Shown here: positions 1 to 9,341 of the stretch, in pieces
Position numbering within the stretch: the stretch's first letter is position 1
Layout: every line of letters begins with the position of its first letter
Source: Thermoplasmatales archaeon
GTDB taxonomy: Archaea > Thermoplasmatota > Thermoplasmata > Thermoplasmatales > Thermoplasmataceae
DNA: 64,000 bases
Direction: 5' to 3'
Assembly (NCBI GenBank): GCA_027310185.1
Contig: DAIDBH010000017.1
Span: 160,996-224,995 of the forward strand
The notes under the pieces: generated by a model
The model's input: the letters and a program-made list of their open reading frames with translations, nothing else
The model's database searches: none
What the model was told of the DNA's origin: nothing
Translations under genes and position numbers: made by a program

Positions 1-44
1 TTATCTGAGTCGTAATATATATATAAGCATGTTCATTTAGTTTC

Positions 45-1181
45 ATGAATAGGAAAATAATAATTAGCACTTTAATGGCTACTATGTTTATAGTATCAGG
101 AATTGTAGTTGCTATGAATAGTTCGTTTGAAAACACAAATGAGCTAAATACAAGTGCACATAGAAGTTTAGCAAATTCCGAACTATTGAGCGCTAGATCT
201 GGCTCCATAGCCTTGCAGTTCGATAAGTGGTATAGAGAGACATATAATGGAAGGAATCCTAATTCTATGAAAAATTTTACAATAACACAAAGAGATATGG
301 TATTTTCTAATTTTATACATTATGACTCTGCAGGACGGAAATCTCTCATGATTAGGACCAATAGTGATATAAAAAAATTTGATACTTTAAATCTTAAACA
401 CGCAGAGGTTACATTATTCGATTTAATTCATGAAAATAAGGTCATTAATTATAGTAAGATAGAGAGTTTAAGTGCTGGAAATAAGAGAATGTCAATTTAT
501 TACAGTTCAAATTCAAGTAATTCATTCCTTGTACATATAGAAACAGAACTTCCTAAAGGTGTTTCTTTCGACAGTGGAGAGTGGATAATGGTATCAATAG
601 ATTATTTTGTTTATCACGCACCATGGTGGCTAGGTGGTTGGTCTGTTACATATGGTGAACAGGATCAATTCAATGAATTGTGGGCAGGATGTACGGCGCA
701 AACTAATTATAATAACTTTGAGAACACCGTAAATGTAGGTGGATTGACTAGTGGGGTTGCAGTTTCATCAATAACCGGTCTAATAACGGCCGGAGCGATT
801 GGTGGATCATGGGGTGGACCCATTGGAGTAATTGCTGGAGCAATTGTAGCAGTCATAGCTGGATTGGTAGTTATTCATTTAGATAATACAATGACTTCTC
901 TATATGAGTCCACCTATGCGAATGAACCTTCAGGCAACAAATATATTTGGATATATTTTGTAAATGACTATTATTATCCTTGGATCACTGTTGTCGGTTC
1001 ATTCTATTCAACGATTGGGATGTATGGATATCTTTCAAGTGGTCAGGTGGAAACATTCTTTGGTAACAACCCGTGGATCTCATATAATGGCATCCAAGCT
1101 GTCACAGTTTCAGCTTATTTTTCTTCATATGTTCATAGCATAGCAGATAATTATGGATCTGGAACTTGGGTGTACTCTTGA
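45..1181 (+). CDS. Secreted protein of unknown function with a long Gly-rich hydrophobic hairpin (candidate bacteriocin/pore-former precursor)
   Basis: N-terminal signal peptide (MNRK + hydrophobic stretch); charged N-terminal half; charge-poor, aromatic/Gly/Ser-rich C-terminal half with GGLTSGVAVSSITGLITAGAIGGSWGGPIGVIAGAIVAVIAGLVVIHL. No family recognised. Confidence 0.6.
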   Translation: MNRKIIISTLMATMFIVSGIVVAMNSSFENTNELNTSAHRSLANSELLSARSGSIALQFDKWYRETYNGRNPNSMKNFTITQRDMVFSNFIHYDSAGRKSLMIRTNSDIKKFDTLNLKHAEVTLFDLIHENKVINYSKIESLSAGNKRMSIYYSSNSSNSFLVHIETELPKGVSFDSGEWIMVSIDYFVYHAPWWLGGWSVTYGEQDQFNELWAGCTAQTNYNNFENTVNVGGLTSGVAVSSITGLITAGAIGGSWGGPIGVIAGAIVAVIAGLVVIHLDNTMTSLYESTYANEPSGNKYIWIYFVNDYYYPWITVVGSFYSTIGMYGYLSSGQVETFFGNNPWISYNGIQAVTVSAYFSSYVHSIADNYGSGTWVYS

Positions 1182-1191
1182 AGGTGTGAAA

Positions 1192-1527
1192 ATGATAAAT
1201 TCAATCTATATTATATATTATTATTTATTTTTTGTATTACTGGTATTATGGATTTACTTACTGGCATACTTCTTTCGGAGGTCGAAAAATGCTGGGATAG
1301 GAAAATACAGGTATTTTCTTCTAGTTGCTAGTCTTCTAGTTTTGTGCAATGATATAGCTATTATGGTAATTGGAAAGTTATATAAATTCAATGTGAATTC
1401 AATCACAAATATAATTCAAACACAGCTAAATGTAATAATTATTGCCTTTGTGTTTGAGTTGCTTGCATTTTTAACTTTGTTTATCTACATCAGCTACGCA
1501 ACGAATAGAAAGCAGACAAAGGTGTAG
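1192..1527 (+). CDS. Small membrane protein, about 3 TM helices (candidate immunity protein)
   Basis: ATG at 1192 preceded by SD-like AAGGTGTGA that overlaps the upstream stop codon, so it is preferred over the track start at 1153; three hydrophobic segments. Confidence 0.6.
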   Translation: MINSIYIIYYYLFFVLLVLWIYLLAYFFRRSKNAGIGKYRYFLLVASLLVLCNDIAIMVIGKLYKFNVNSITNIIQTQLNVIIIAFVFELLAFLTLFIYISYATNRKQTKV

Positions 1528-1671
1528 CCTATAATTACTTATCTTTTTGATCACCAAATCATATTATCTCTCTAATATCATGCAGTATTTGAAGGATCAA
1601 GATCAGGGTCGACCACGGTAAAGAATATGCTCGCAGTTCTTCCCTTAGGAAACCATAATACACCAGAAAAC

Positions 1672-1839
1672 CTTGACGGAAAGTCTGCAATATTATGCAC
1701 AGATCAGCCACTATCCGCTGAAGAGATAGCTTATATTTATCTGGAGAAGGACTTCGTTGAGAAGGTATTCCGCACCATGTAGAGTCGGGAAGAGATAGTT
1801 CCTGTGAGGCACAGACTTGAAAGAAGGGTACGGGTTTAG
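1672..1839 (+). pseudogene. IS1634-like transposase C-terminal remnant
   Basis: Frame from 1672 reads LDGKSAILCTDQPLSAEEIAYIYLEKDFVEKVFRTM*SREEIVPVRHRLERRVRV*, matching the VEKxFRxxK...PVRHRLExRVR motif of IS1634-type DDE transposases, with an internal stop. Confidence 0.7.
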
Positions 1840-1915
1840 AGACAATAATGACTTTGTAAAATAGTAAGTCTTCATATGTAAAATAGTTAGCACCAATATC
1901 CCTTAAGGAATAGCA

Positions 1916-2401
1916 ATGACACTGCTTTATGATAGAGATATAAGACTTAGATCTGTTGATTTAAAAGAGGATGTGAATTCATTCCTTTTATGGTATAATA
2001 CACCAGAGGTTATTTTTTACTCTGAAGGGCCGAAAGTAATGCCCTATGGAAGAGAAGTAATAGAGAGAATGATCAACGTACTTTCCGAAATCGGTGAGTG
2101 TTATTTAATAGAAGTTTTTAAGGAGGATACCTGGACCCCCATTGGCGATGCAAGTATAACAACGAAAAAGACCCCAATTACTATAGGCGTTAAGGAATAT
2201 TGGGGAAATGGATTTGGGACAAGAGTCCTTGCGTTGCTGATAAATCGTGCCAGGGAGATTGGATTGAAAAAACTTGTGGTAAGTGGCATTTATGAATATA
2301 ATGAAAGAAGTCTTCGCTTATACAGTAAAGCTGGTTTCACAGAAACTGATCGTTTTGAGGAAGATAGTTACAATTGCATAAAAATGGAGTTGAAACTATA
2401 G
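1916..2401 (+). CDS. GNAT-family N-acetyltransferase (RimJ/RimL-like)
   Basis: IGVKEYWGNGFGT acetyl-CoA motif A and NERSLRLYSKAGF motif B. Confidence 0.85.
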   Translation: MTLLYDRDIRLRSVDLKEDVNSFLLWYNTPEVIFYSEGPKVMPYGREVIERMINVLSEIGECYLIEVFKEDTWTPIGDASITTKKTPITIGVKEYWGNGFGTRVLALLINRAREIGLKKLVVSGIYEYNERSLRLYSKAGFTETDRFEEDSYNCIKMELKL

Positions 2402-2726
2402 TCTTCTTTGTAGCTATAAAATGATGTGTGCTTAAGTTGGCAAATTTCTTTCATCAATTTTCTGATGGTTTTGATTTAATTAGTTTAAACCAATTTATTC
2501 TGGCTGTCTTCTATCCACATATTAAAAAGTATTTTTACTCCGTAGTTACCAATCTTTCTACCATAGGAAGGTTGTGATACTTTTTTGATCTTGATTTTTA
2601 AGCTATCAACAATCTCTGAATGGATTGCCCCGTATTCACTGGCTATCAGAAACGTGTATGAGATATGATTAGTGGTAATATTTGTTAACTAAAACGTTAA
2701 GACAATTGGAATCATAATTATCAGTA

Positions 2727-3398
2727 ATGAGTTATTATAAAAGACAAGTCACTGTCAGTACAGATTCAGAATTCAAAAGAAGATCTGGCGATATCATTGA
2801 TTTGGGAAATAAGCTGTATTCAAGAGGATTGCTTAATGCTACGAGCGGTAATATAAGCTCTGTTCTGAATGAAGATCCCCTCGAGCTTGCAATTACTGCA
2901 AGTGGAGTGGATAAGGGAAATATGAATGCTGAGGATATCATTATTATTGATTCAGATGGAACTGTTACCGAAGGAAATGGAAAACCTTCTGCTGAAACAT
3001 TGCTTCATCTTGCTGTAATAAAAAATAGTGAAGCCAAATCGGTGATACATACTCACTCAATATGGTCTACTGTCCTCTCAAGAATATATTTGCCTGAAGG
3101 CTTCCTAAGCCTTAAAGGATACGAAATGCTTAAGGCCCTCGACGGAAATAAGACGCATGAAACTAATGAAGTGATACCTGTGTTTGAAAATACACAGGAC
3201 ATGAAGGGGTTATCTGAAAGAGTTTCAAAATATCTTAAGGAACATCCAGAAACGCATGGTTTTGTACTTAGCGGCCATGGACTCTACACCTGGGGAAAGA
3301 GCCTCAAGGAAGCTAAGAGATCTGTTGAAGCACTTGAGTTTCTGCTTGAAGTTAAGGGCAGGGAGTTAAGCCTATCGGAAATAAAAATACAAGGGTGA
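2727..3398 (+). CDS. mtnB: Methylthioribulose-1-phosphate dehydratase
   Basis: ATSGNIS, ITASGVDKG, KPSAETLLH, HTHS and GHGLYTWG motifs of the class II aldolase/MtnB family; YEMLKAL typical of MtnB. Confidence 0.9.
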   Translation: MSYYKRQVTVSTDSEFKRRSGDIIDLGNKLYSRGLLNATSGNISSVLNEDPLELAITASGVDKGNMNAEDIIIIDSDGTVTEGNGKPSAETLLHLAVIKNSEAKSVIHTHSIWSTVLSRIYLPEGFLSLKGYEMLKALDGNKTHETNEVIPVFENTQDMKGLSERVSKYLKEHPETHGFVLSGHGLYTWGKSLKEAKRSVEALEFLLEVKGRELSLSEIKIQG

Positions 3399-3402
3399 GT
3401 AA

Positions 3403-3963
3403 ATGGTTTCATTGAAGATATTAGAAAAGCATCAAGAGATTAATGATCCGCTGAAAGTGTCAAAAATTCTCAATGGGTATGGGATAAAGTATGAAAAGTG
3501 GAATTCAGATAAACTCCAATCTGAAAATGCATCTCCCGAAAAGATACTTGATGTATATCATGAGGAAGTGGAGAAACTAAAAAAAGAAGGGGGTTATGTG
3601 ACTGCAGATGTTATTGATATAAACGATAGCACTCCTGGACTTAATGAGATGCTGGCTAAGTTCAACAAAGAACACTGGCACGATGAAGATGAGGTTAGGT
3701 ACACGATAAAGGGTCATGGGTTGTTTCATATTTATCCAGAAGAAGGAGTTACCTTATCAGTAGAGGTTGAAAAAGGAGACCTTCTGAGAGTACCAAGAGG
3801 GACAAAACACTGGTTTGATCTCTGTAAAGACAGAGAAATAAGAGCTATAAGACTGTTCCAGAACAAAAGTGGGTGGACCCCGTATTATACAAACAGTGGA
3901 AACGAAAAGAAATTCGTTCCACTGTGCTTTGGTCCTTCATTTATTCCCCTCAGGAAGGATTAG
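3403..3963 (+). CDS. mtnD: Acireductone dioxygenase
   Basis: Cupin metal ligands EHWHDEDEVRY and KHWFD; IRAIRLF...GWTPYY tail typical of ARD. Confidence 0.9.
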   Translation: MVSLKILEKHQEINDPLKVSKILNGYGIKYEKWNSDKLQSENASPEKILDVYHEEVEKLKKEGGYVTADVIDINDSTPGLNEMLAKFNKEHWHDEDEVRYTIKGHGLFHIYPEEGVTLSVEVEKGDLLRVPRGTKHWFDLCKDREIRAIRLFQNKSGWTPYYTNSGNEKKFVPLCFGPSFIPLRKD

Positions 3964-3971
3964 GGCACACC

Positions 3972-4676
3972 ATGGCATGTAAAATTTATACAGAAAATAC
4001 TGTAATACTTGACATAGAGGGGACCACAACCCCAATAGATTTTGTGCATGTGACCCTGTTTAAGTATGCCAGAGATAACCTGACTGAATTCCTTTTGAAA
4101 AACAATAAAGGCAATGCACTGGAACAGATACTTCTAGAAATAGTTGAATATTCAAAAATTACTGAAAGAAGGGAACCTATCAGTGATGAACAGATTGTTG
4201 CGTGTATTGAGAACCTTATAGAAAAGGATAGCAAGCTTGGAGCACTGAAAAAACTTGAGGGACTCATCTGGCAGGAAGGTTATGAATCCGGAAAGCTGAA
4301 GAGTGAGATATACGATGATGTGCCAGAATCTCTCAAAGGATGGAAAAAATCAGGAAAAAAGATCTATATTTACTCATCAGGAAGCGTACTGGCACAAAAG
4401 CTCCTGTTTAGATACTCCATATTTGGGGATCTTACAGGATACATTGACGGTTATTTCGACACGGAAATAGGGTCCAAGAAGGAGATTGAAAGTTACAGGA
4501 ATATTTCCAAGAATTTGGAAGTTTTACCCGAAAGAATTACATTCATAACAGATTCCGAAGAAGAGATGAAGTCAGCACGAAATGCAGGTATTAATTCATT
4601 TCTCATCAAAAGGAATTATAATGAATCAGATGGTCAGCAGGTTGATTTCATCGTTGATTTTAAAAGCCTCTGTTGA
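3972..4676 (+). CDS. mtnC: Enolase-phosphatase E1 (acireductone synthase)
   Basis: HAD motif ILDIEGTTTPIDFV, GLIWQEGY, IYIYSSGSVLAQKLLF, GYFDTEIGSK. ATG at 3972 chosen over 3873 to avoid a long overlap with mtnD. Confidence 0.9.
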   Translation: MACKIYTENTVILDIEGTTTPIDFVHVTLFKYARDNLTEFLLKNNKGNALEQILLEIVEYSKITERREPISDEQIVACIENLIEKDSKLGALKKLEGLIWQEGYESGKLKSEIYDDVPESLKGWKKSGKKIYIYSSGSVLAQKLLFRYSIFGDLTGYIDGYFDTEIGSKKEIESYRNISKNLEVLPERITFITDSEEEMKSARNAGINSFLIKRNYNESDGQQVDFIVDFKSLC

Positions 4677-4681
4677 AAAAT

Positions 4682-5890
4682 CTAGTCGTATATTGTTAGG
4701 GAATCTGTGTCTTTTGGATAATATGTAATTACCTCGGGACCGTCCTCGTGCATCACAACTGTATCTGAATGCCTGAACCCACCCAGATCCTTGACATATA
4801 TTCCTGGTTCAACTGAAAATGTCATGCCTGCCCTGATTTTTTCCTTTTCCCCTATGTCCAGAAATGGTGCCTCATGCCCTTCGAGGCCAATACAATGACC
4901 TGAATGGTGCAACCTGTATTTGAGAATGTCATTCTTCTTAGCAAATTCAATCACCTTCCTGTCTACCTCACTGAACTCCTTTCCTATTTCCAGTGCATCT
5001 ATTGCAACCTCCTGCATTTCCACTGCCAGTTTATGAAATCTCCTTATCTTTTCGGCTGGTTCACCTAAAAATAGATTTCGCTCGATTTCGATGTGATATC
5101 CGTCAATCTCACCACTTGCTCCAGAACCCAGAATATCCCCTCTCTTTATCTTTCTATTCGTAAATAGTGAATGAGGGTAATATGAATGCTCTCCAACCTG
5201 CCCCCTGAATCCTGCACCTATTTCCATGGGAAAATTGACTGGTGGTCTTGTATCCATTCCAAATGCGTACATTGCCATTTTATTTGCTTCTGAAGAAGCT
5301 TTGTAGGAGACTTCAAAATCAAATTTACCTGGTTCGGTATACTCCTGTAAAAGATTGTGAGCCAGGTTTCCCCATTTGGAGCTTTCTCTCATTAGCTCTA
5401 TTTCCTCGTCTGACTTGATCTTTCTCATATTGTAAAGATCTTCTGATATGCCTGACAGTGAGAACTCATGTATAATTTCATCAACAGGGAGTGGCTTGAA
5501 TCCCCATCCTGAGCTGTAAAATGATAGATTATCTACACCAATTTTCTTTCCCTTCACAATGCCTTCGATCCACTCTCCAAAATACTTCAGTGGATGCTTT
5601 TCGCCGGGATAATCCGGATACCCGTAGGAGTCCTTTATGTTCGGACACTGACTCAGTACATGTTCTTTCTCCATGATGGGACCGAAGAAATGTATGTCCA
5701 GATTCCTGTCTATCAGAAATGCCGCTGGTCTTTCAGTTGCTATATAAAAGTAATCTGCAAAATACTTGAATGATGTGGTTCCTGAGATGTATACTGCGTC
5801 TATATCTTTTTCTTCCATTAATTTTCCCAGCTTCTCAGCCCTATGATTCAATTCCTTTTTAGAAACCCTGATCATGGAATTACAATCCAT
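4682..5890 (-). CDS. Xaa-Pro aminopeptidase/prolidase (M24 family)
   Basis: Creatinase-like N-domain (RKIKSDEEIELMR); HHSGHCIGLEGHE, VEPGIY and RHSDTV metal motifs. Confidence 0.9.
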   Translation of the reverse strand: MDCNSMIRVSKKELNHRAEKLGKLMEEKDIDAVYISGTTSFKYFADYFYIATERPAAFLIDRNLDIHFFGPIMEKEHVLSQCPNIKDSYGYPDYPGEKHPLKYFGEWIEGIVKGKKIGVDNLSFYSSGWGFKPLPVDEIIHEFSLSGISEDLYNMRKIKSDEEIELMRESSKWGNLAHNLLQEYTEPGKFDFEVSYKASSEANKMAMYAFGMDTRPPVNFPMEIGAGFRGQVGEHSYYPHSLFTNRKIKRGDILGSGASGEIDGYHIEIERNLFLGEPAEKIRRFHKLAVEMQEVAIDALEIGKEFSEVDRKVIEFAKKNDILKYRLHHSGHCIGLEGHEAPFLDIGEKEKIRAGMTFSVEPGIYVKDLGGFRHSDTVVMHEDGPEVITYYPKDTDSLTIYD

Positions 5891-5930
5891 GATAGAATTT
5901 ATACATTTCCGCTCAGGATATAAAATTAAA

Positions 5931-7447
5931 CCTTAACTCACCCTTTTTTACGTAATATGTCCAGATCAATATTCAGGTCTGCCACCAGATCTTTCGCTTT
6001 TTTCGGTATTTCACTCATGATCTCCCCTTTCTCCATCCCGTACATCTTGATCCTTGACAGTATGAGGAGTATATCCCTCACACTGTATTTCCCATCTATC
6101 ATGTTGAGTATCTGGAAGTGAAGGTACAGTGACAGCAGATTCAAGAACATGTAAGTGAATAGCATATGGTCATCCCTCAGGTATGATCGATCTGCCTCAA
6201 GATCATTCTTGTAAACATTGAATGCGTATTCCACATATTCACGCTGTTTGTATAATCCATATATTCTTTCAGGTTCCTCATTGAGATCCGAAAGAAGGTA
6301 CAGCTTTCCAAAGTTGATCTCATTTTCATCATACTGTTTTTTGCTTTTCTTATTCTCCTCAATACGGATGAGATAATCTTTTTCTTCCTCGCTCTTCAGC
6401 ACAGGATCCTCAAATATGTACACATCCTCATTCCTCTTCCAGTACTTCACAGGCTTGCCATCATACATGAACACACCCATGAAGTGATCCTGTTCAGGTA
6501 TGAGTGATGAGTTTCTCCTCAATGGTATGATGTAGCTGAGATGTTTTTTCTTCAGCTTATCCACATTATCTGAAGAGAAGAATCCATTATCAGCCACTAT
6601 GACACACTTCTCAATTCCTGCCATGTCAATTGTTTTTGACATAGCGGAAACATCCCTTATGGATCCTGGGAGTACCCTTACGAATGTTGGCAATGTCCTT
6701 GTTGATGAGAACAGCATCATGACATTGATCTGGGGTATGTGTATATTCCTTGAATTATGTCCAGGTTCAAGGAATGAAATATTCTCTGACCTGGAGAATA
6801 TGGCCGTTGAATCCATGAGGACATATTCACCCTTTTCTGTGAGTTTTCTCATGACACGGATGCTCTGATCTTCCGGAAGTGATGAGAGCATTCTGGATAA
6901 TGAATCCGGTGACATGCTCTCATCCATTATCCTGCACAGATATGTCCTCTCATACAGGTAGTGTACAGACTTCATTGGAAGTGGCTGTATATTCCTCAAC
7001 ATGACATATGAGATGATGCGTTCCCACATTGTTGGATATATCTCCTTCAGTACAGGTATCATGGTTTTTTCTGCTATTCCATGGAGTAAAGCTATGTTTC
7101 CATATTCATGATCTGATCTCACCATTCCCATGGATCTTGTCTTCACTATGCCATCATGTGTTACTACACCCAGGTACTTTCCGGTGATCTTGTCAGCCCT
7201 CTTCTTTTCCCTGTTCCATTTACTGGTCATCTCATAGGCATAATAACGATCTCCTGATTTTCTTATCTCGACACCCTTTGTCTTGTACTTCTTCACCCAT
7301 TCTGGAAGATCAACCATATTACATAGTATGTGTAATATGTATATAGAGCTATCGCAATAGAGAATAAATTCCATTAATATGGTGTTTCATGGAGATTGAA
7401 AGATGAGAATCTGTTCCTACTATTACACAAAAAACATGGAGTTAAGG
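5931..7447 (-). mobile_element. Intact insertion sequence, IS1634-like (IS4-type DDE)
   Basis: Terminal inverted repeats CCTTAACTC (5931-5939) and GAGTTAAGG (7439-7447); 6-bp target duplication ATTAAA at 5925-5930 and 7448-7453; one uninterrupted transposase ORF. Confidence 0.9.
5938..7317 (-). CDS. DDE transposase (IS1634-like)
   Basis: VLMDSTA, IVADNGFFS and Y..REYVEYAFNVYKN DDE motifs; likely start MVDLPEW at 7317; the stop codon overlaps the left IR. Confidence 0.9.
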   Translation of the reverse strand: MVDLPEWVKKYKTKGVEIRKSGDRYYAYEMTSKWNREKKRADKITGKYLGVVTHDGIVKTRSMGMVRSDHEYGNIALLHGIAEKTMIPVLKEIYPTMWERIISYVMLRNIQPLPMKSVHYLYERTYLCRIMDESMSPDSLSRMLSSLPEDQSIRVMRKLTEKGEYVLMDSTAIFSRSENISFLEPGHNSRNIHIPQINVMMLFSSTRTLPTFVRVLPGSIRDVSAMSKTIDMAGIEKCVIVADNGFFSSDNVDKLKKKHLSYIIPLRRNSSLIPEQDHFMGVFMYDGKPVKYWKRNEDVYIFEDPVLKSEEEKDYLIRIEENKKSKKQYDENEINFGKLYLLSDLNEEPERIYGLYKQREYVEYAFNVYKNDLEADRSYLRDDHMLFTYMFLNLLSLYLHFQILNMIDGKYSVRDILLILSRIKMYGMEKGEIMSEIPKKAKDLVADLNIDLDILRKKG

Positions 7448-7540
7448 ATTAAAATCTTTTATTAGTGCATATTATAACAAAATAGGTAAAGTAATACACA
7501 CATTACTTCAATTCAGGGAGCATTTTTTGGCTCCTGATGA

Positions 7541-8083
7541 TTATTCCTGAAGGATCATTTCTGCGTGAGCAGTGAATTTGATCTTACTTCCGACCATTAC
7601 CTTCCCTGCCTCTATTACCATGTTCCATTTCAGTCCGAATTCCTCCCTGACTATTTCCCCTGAAACAGTTATTCCTGCCCTTGTCTTTCCATATGGATCC
7701 TTTATTATTCCTTCCAGGTCTCCATGAAAGGATATCTCCCTGGTGACATCTCTGATTGTGAGATTTCCCTTGATAATGTACTCACTGTCCCCCTTCTTGC
7801 TTATAGAGGTGCTTTCAAATTTTATCTCTTTATATTTTTCCACGTCAAAAAAGTCAGGAGACTTCAGGTGATTGTCCCTGTCAGTTTCCCTTGTGCTAAT
7901 TGATGATGGATCAATTGTCACGCTTACCTTTGCATTTTCTGGAGCCTCATCAGATCCGAACGCCTTTATCTCAAACTTACCAAAATTACCCTTGACTGTT
8001 GATATCATCATATGCCTTGCTGAGAACTCAATTTCTGAATGCGCACTGTCAGATATCCATTTCATTTGCTTCTGTGTTTCCAT
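7541..8083 (-). CDS. YceI-family lipid/polyisoprenoid-binding protein
   Basis: DSAHSEIEFSARHMMISTVKGNF, RDNHLKSPDFFDVEKY, GNLTIRDVTR, REEFGLKWN. Confidence 0.92.
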   Translation of the reverse strand: METQKQMKWISDSAHSEIEFSARHMMISTVKGNFGKFEIKAFGSDEAPENAKVSVTIDPSSISTRETDRDNHLKSPDFFDVEKYKEIKFESTSISKKGDSEYIIKGNLTIRDVTREISFHGDLEGIIKDPYGKTRAGITVSGEIVREEFGLKWNMVIEAGKVMVGSKIKFTAHAEMILQE

Positions 8084-8141
8084 ATAGGGATATCAAAAAT
8101 ACATTAAAATACTTATAGTTACTTGCAATACATTAGATATC

Positions 8142-8486
8142 ATGATGAATACAATGAATAAAAGTGAGGAGATTTGCCCAATAGTTGAGACGATAAAGGT
8201 AATTGGGGGTAAATGGGAACTGACAATTATCAGGTATCTGGCGGATAAGCCAATGAGATTCAACGAATTACTTAGAAGTGCCCATGGAATAAGTTCCAGG
8301 ACTCTATCGAGAATCTTAAAAATTCTTATGGAGAAGGGACTTGTCAAGAGGGAACTGATTTCCCTTCAACCTGTAGTTGTTCTTTACTCGCTGACCGAAT
8401 CAGGCAGCGAGATCAGGCCAGTGATAGACGCGCTAAAGAAATGGGGAGAAAAATACATTACCACTGGCGAACACACCATATATTGA
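8142..8486 (+). CDS. HxlR-family winged-helix regulator (divergent from yceI)
   Basis: CPIVETIKVIGGKWELTII, RFNELLR, ISSRTLS, YSLTESG. Confidence 0.9.
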   Translation: MMNTMNKSEEICPIVETIKVIGGKWELTIIRYLADKPMRFNELLRSAHGISSRTLSRILKILMEKGLVKRELISLQPVVVLYSLTESGSEIRPVIDALKKWGEKYITTGEHTIY

Positions 8487-8549
8487 TTATTTTCAAACAT
8501 CTACCTTTGACAGATTATAATTTCAAAGCTTTCTTATAATATTTATACA

Positions 8550-9341
8550 ATGAGTAAATGCCTCATATGGTGGTTACTTGGAACAACGATGGAGGTTTTG
8601 GGCCTCGACTTCAGATATGACAATGGATACAAGGTTTTCAATAACATCAACATCAAGGTAGAGAAAGGAAAATTTGCTGCCATAGTTGGTCCATCGGGAG
8701 TTGGTAAATCTACACTCCTGAGATTATTCGGTGCTTTTTTGAAGCCAGAAAGCGGGACAGTATTGCTACATGGAAAACCGGTTCTGAGGCCTACTCCATT
8801 GATTTCCATGGTGCATCAGTCCATAGTCACTTTTCCATGGATGACGGCTGAGGAAAATGTGATGCTGTCGCTGAAAACTAAGAACCTCCCTAAAGATGAA
8901 TGCAGGGAACTGGCTTCTAAGGCACTGGAAATGGTTGGTCTCCAGGGATTTGAGAACCTTTATCCCAAGGAGATGAGTGGTGGAATGAGGCAAAGAGTTT
9001 CTGTTGCAAGATCTCTTGCTGCGGAACCAAAAGTGTTATTGATGGATGAGCCTTTCGCGCACCTGGATGAACTGACTGCAGAGGGTTTGAGGCAGGATAT
9101 ATACAATATACTTTTCAATCCGGATAGCCCTCTGGAATGTGTCATAATGGTTTCTCACAATCTAACAGAAGTTGTTGAACTCTCGGATACAGTGTTCGTT
9201 CTAAATAACAGTCCGGCAACAGTGGTGGGACAGATTGACATAGAGATGCCAAGACCGAGAAACAGCAGGGATCCCGTTTTTGACAATTACCTTGATACAC
9301 TTTACAGGCTACTGACAAAGAAGAAGGGTGGAACCAGATGA
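8550..9341 (+). CDS. ABC transporter ATP-binding protein, NitT/TauT family
   Basis: GPSGVGKST, MSGGMRQRV, LLMDEPF, VSHN; alternative start ATG at 8589. Confidence 0.9.
   Translation: MSKCLIWWLLGTTMEVLGLDFRYDNGYKVFNNINIKVEKGKFAAIVGPSGVGKSTLLRLFGAFLKPESGTVLLHGKPVLRPTPLISMVHQSIVTFPWMTAEENVMLSLKTKNLPKDECRELASKALEMVGLQGFENLYPKEMSGGMRQRVSVARSLAAEPKVLLMDEPFAHLDELTAEGLRQDIYNILFNPDSPLECVIMVSHNLTEVVELSDTVFVLNNSPATVVGQIDIEMPRPRNSRDPVFDNYLDTLYRLLTKKKGGTR

Noticed and set aside
2402-2700. Open minus-strand frame of about 60 codons without a start (HISYTFLIASEYGAIH...)
   Set aside because: No start codon and no recognisable family; it may be a remnant but cannot be assigned.
7489-7540. AAGTAAT-N6-ATTACTT palindrome and a CAGGGAGC/GGCTCCTG hairpin after yceI
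   Set aside because: Compatible with a terminator or chance in AT-rich DNA; no linked promoter can be assigned.
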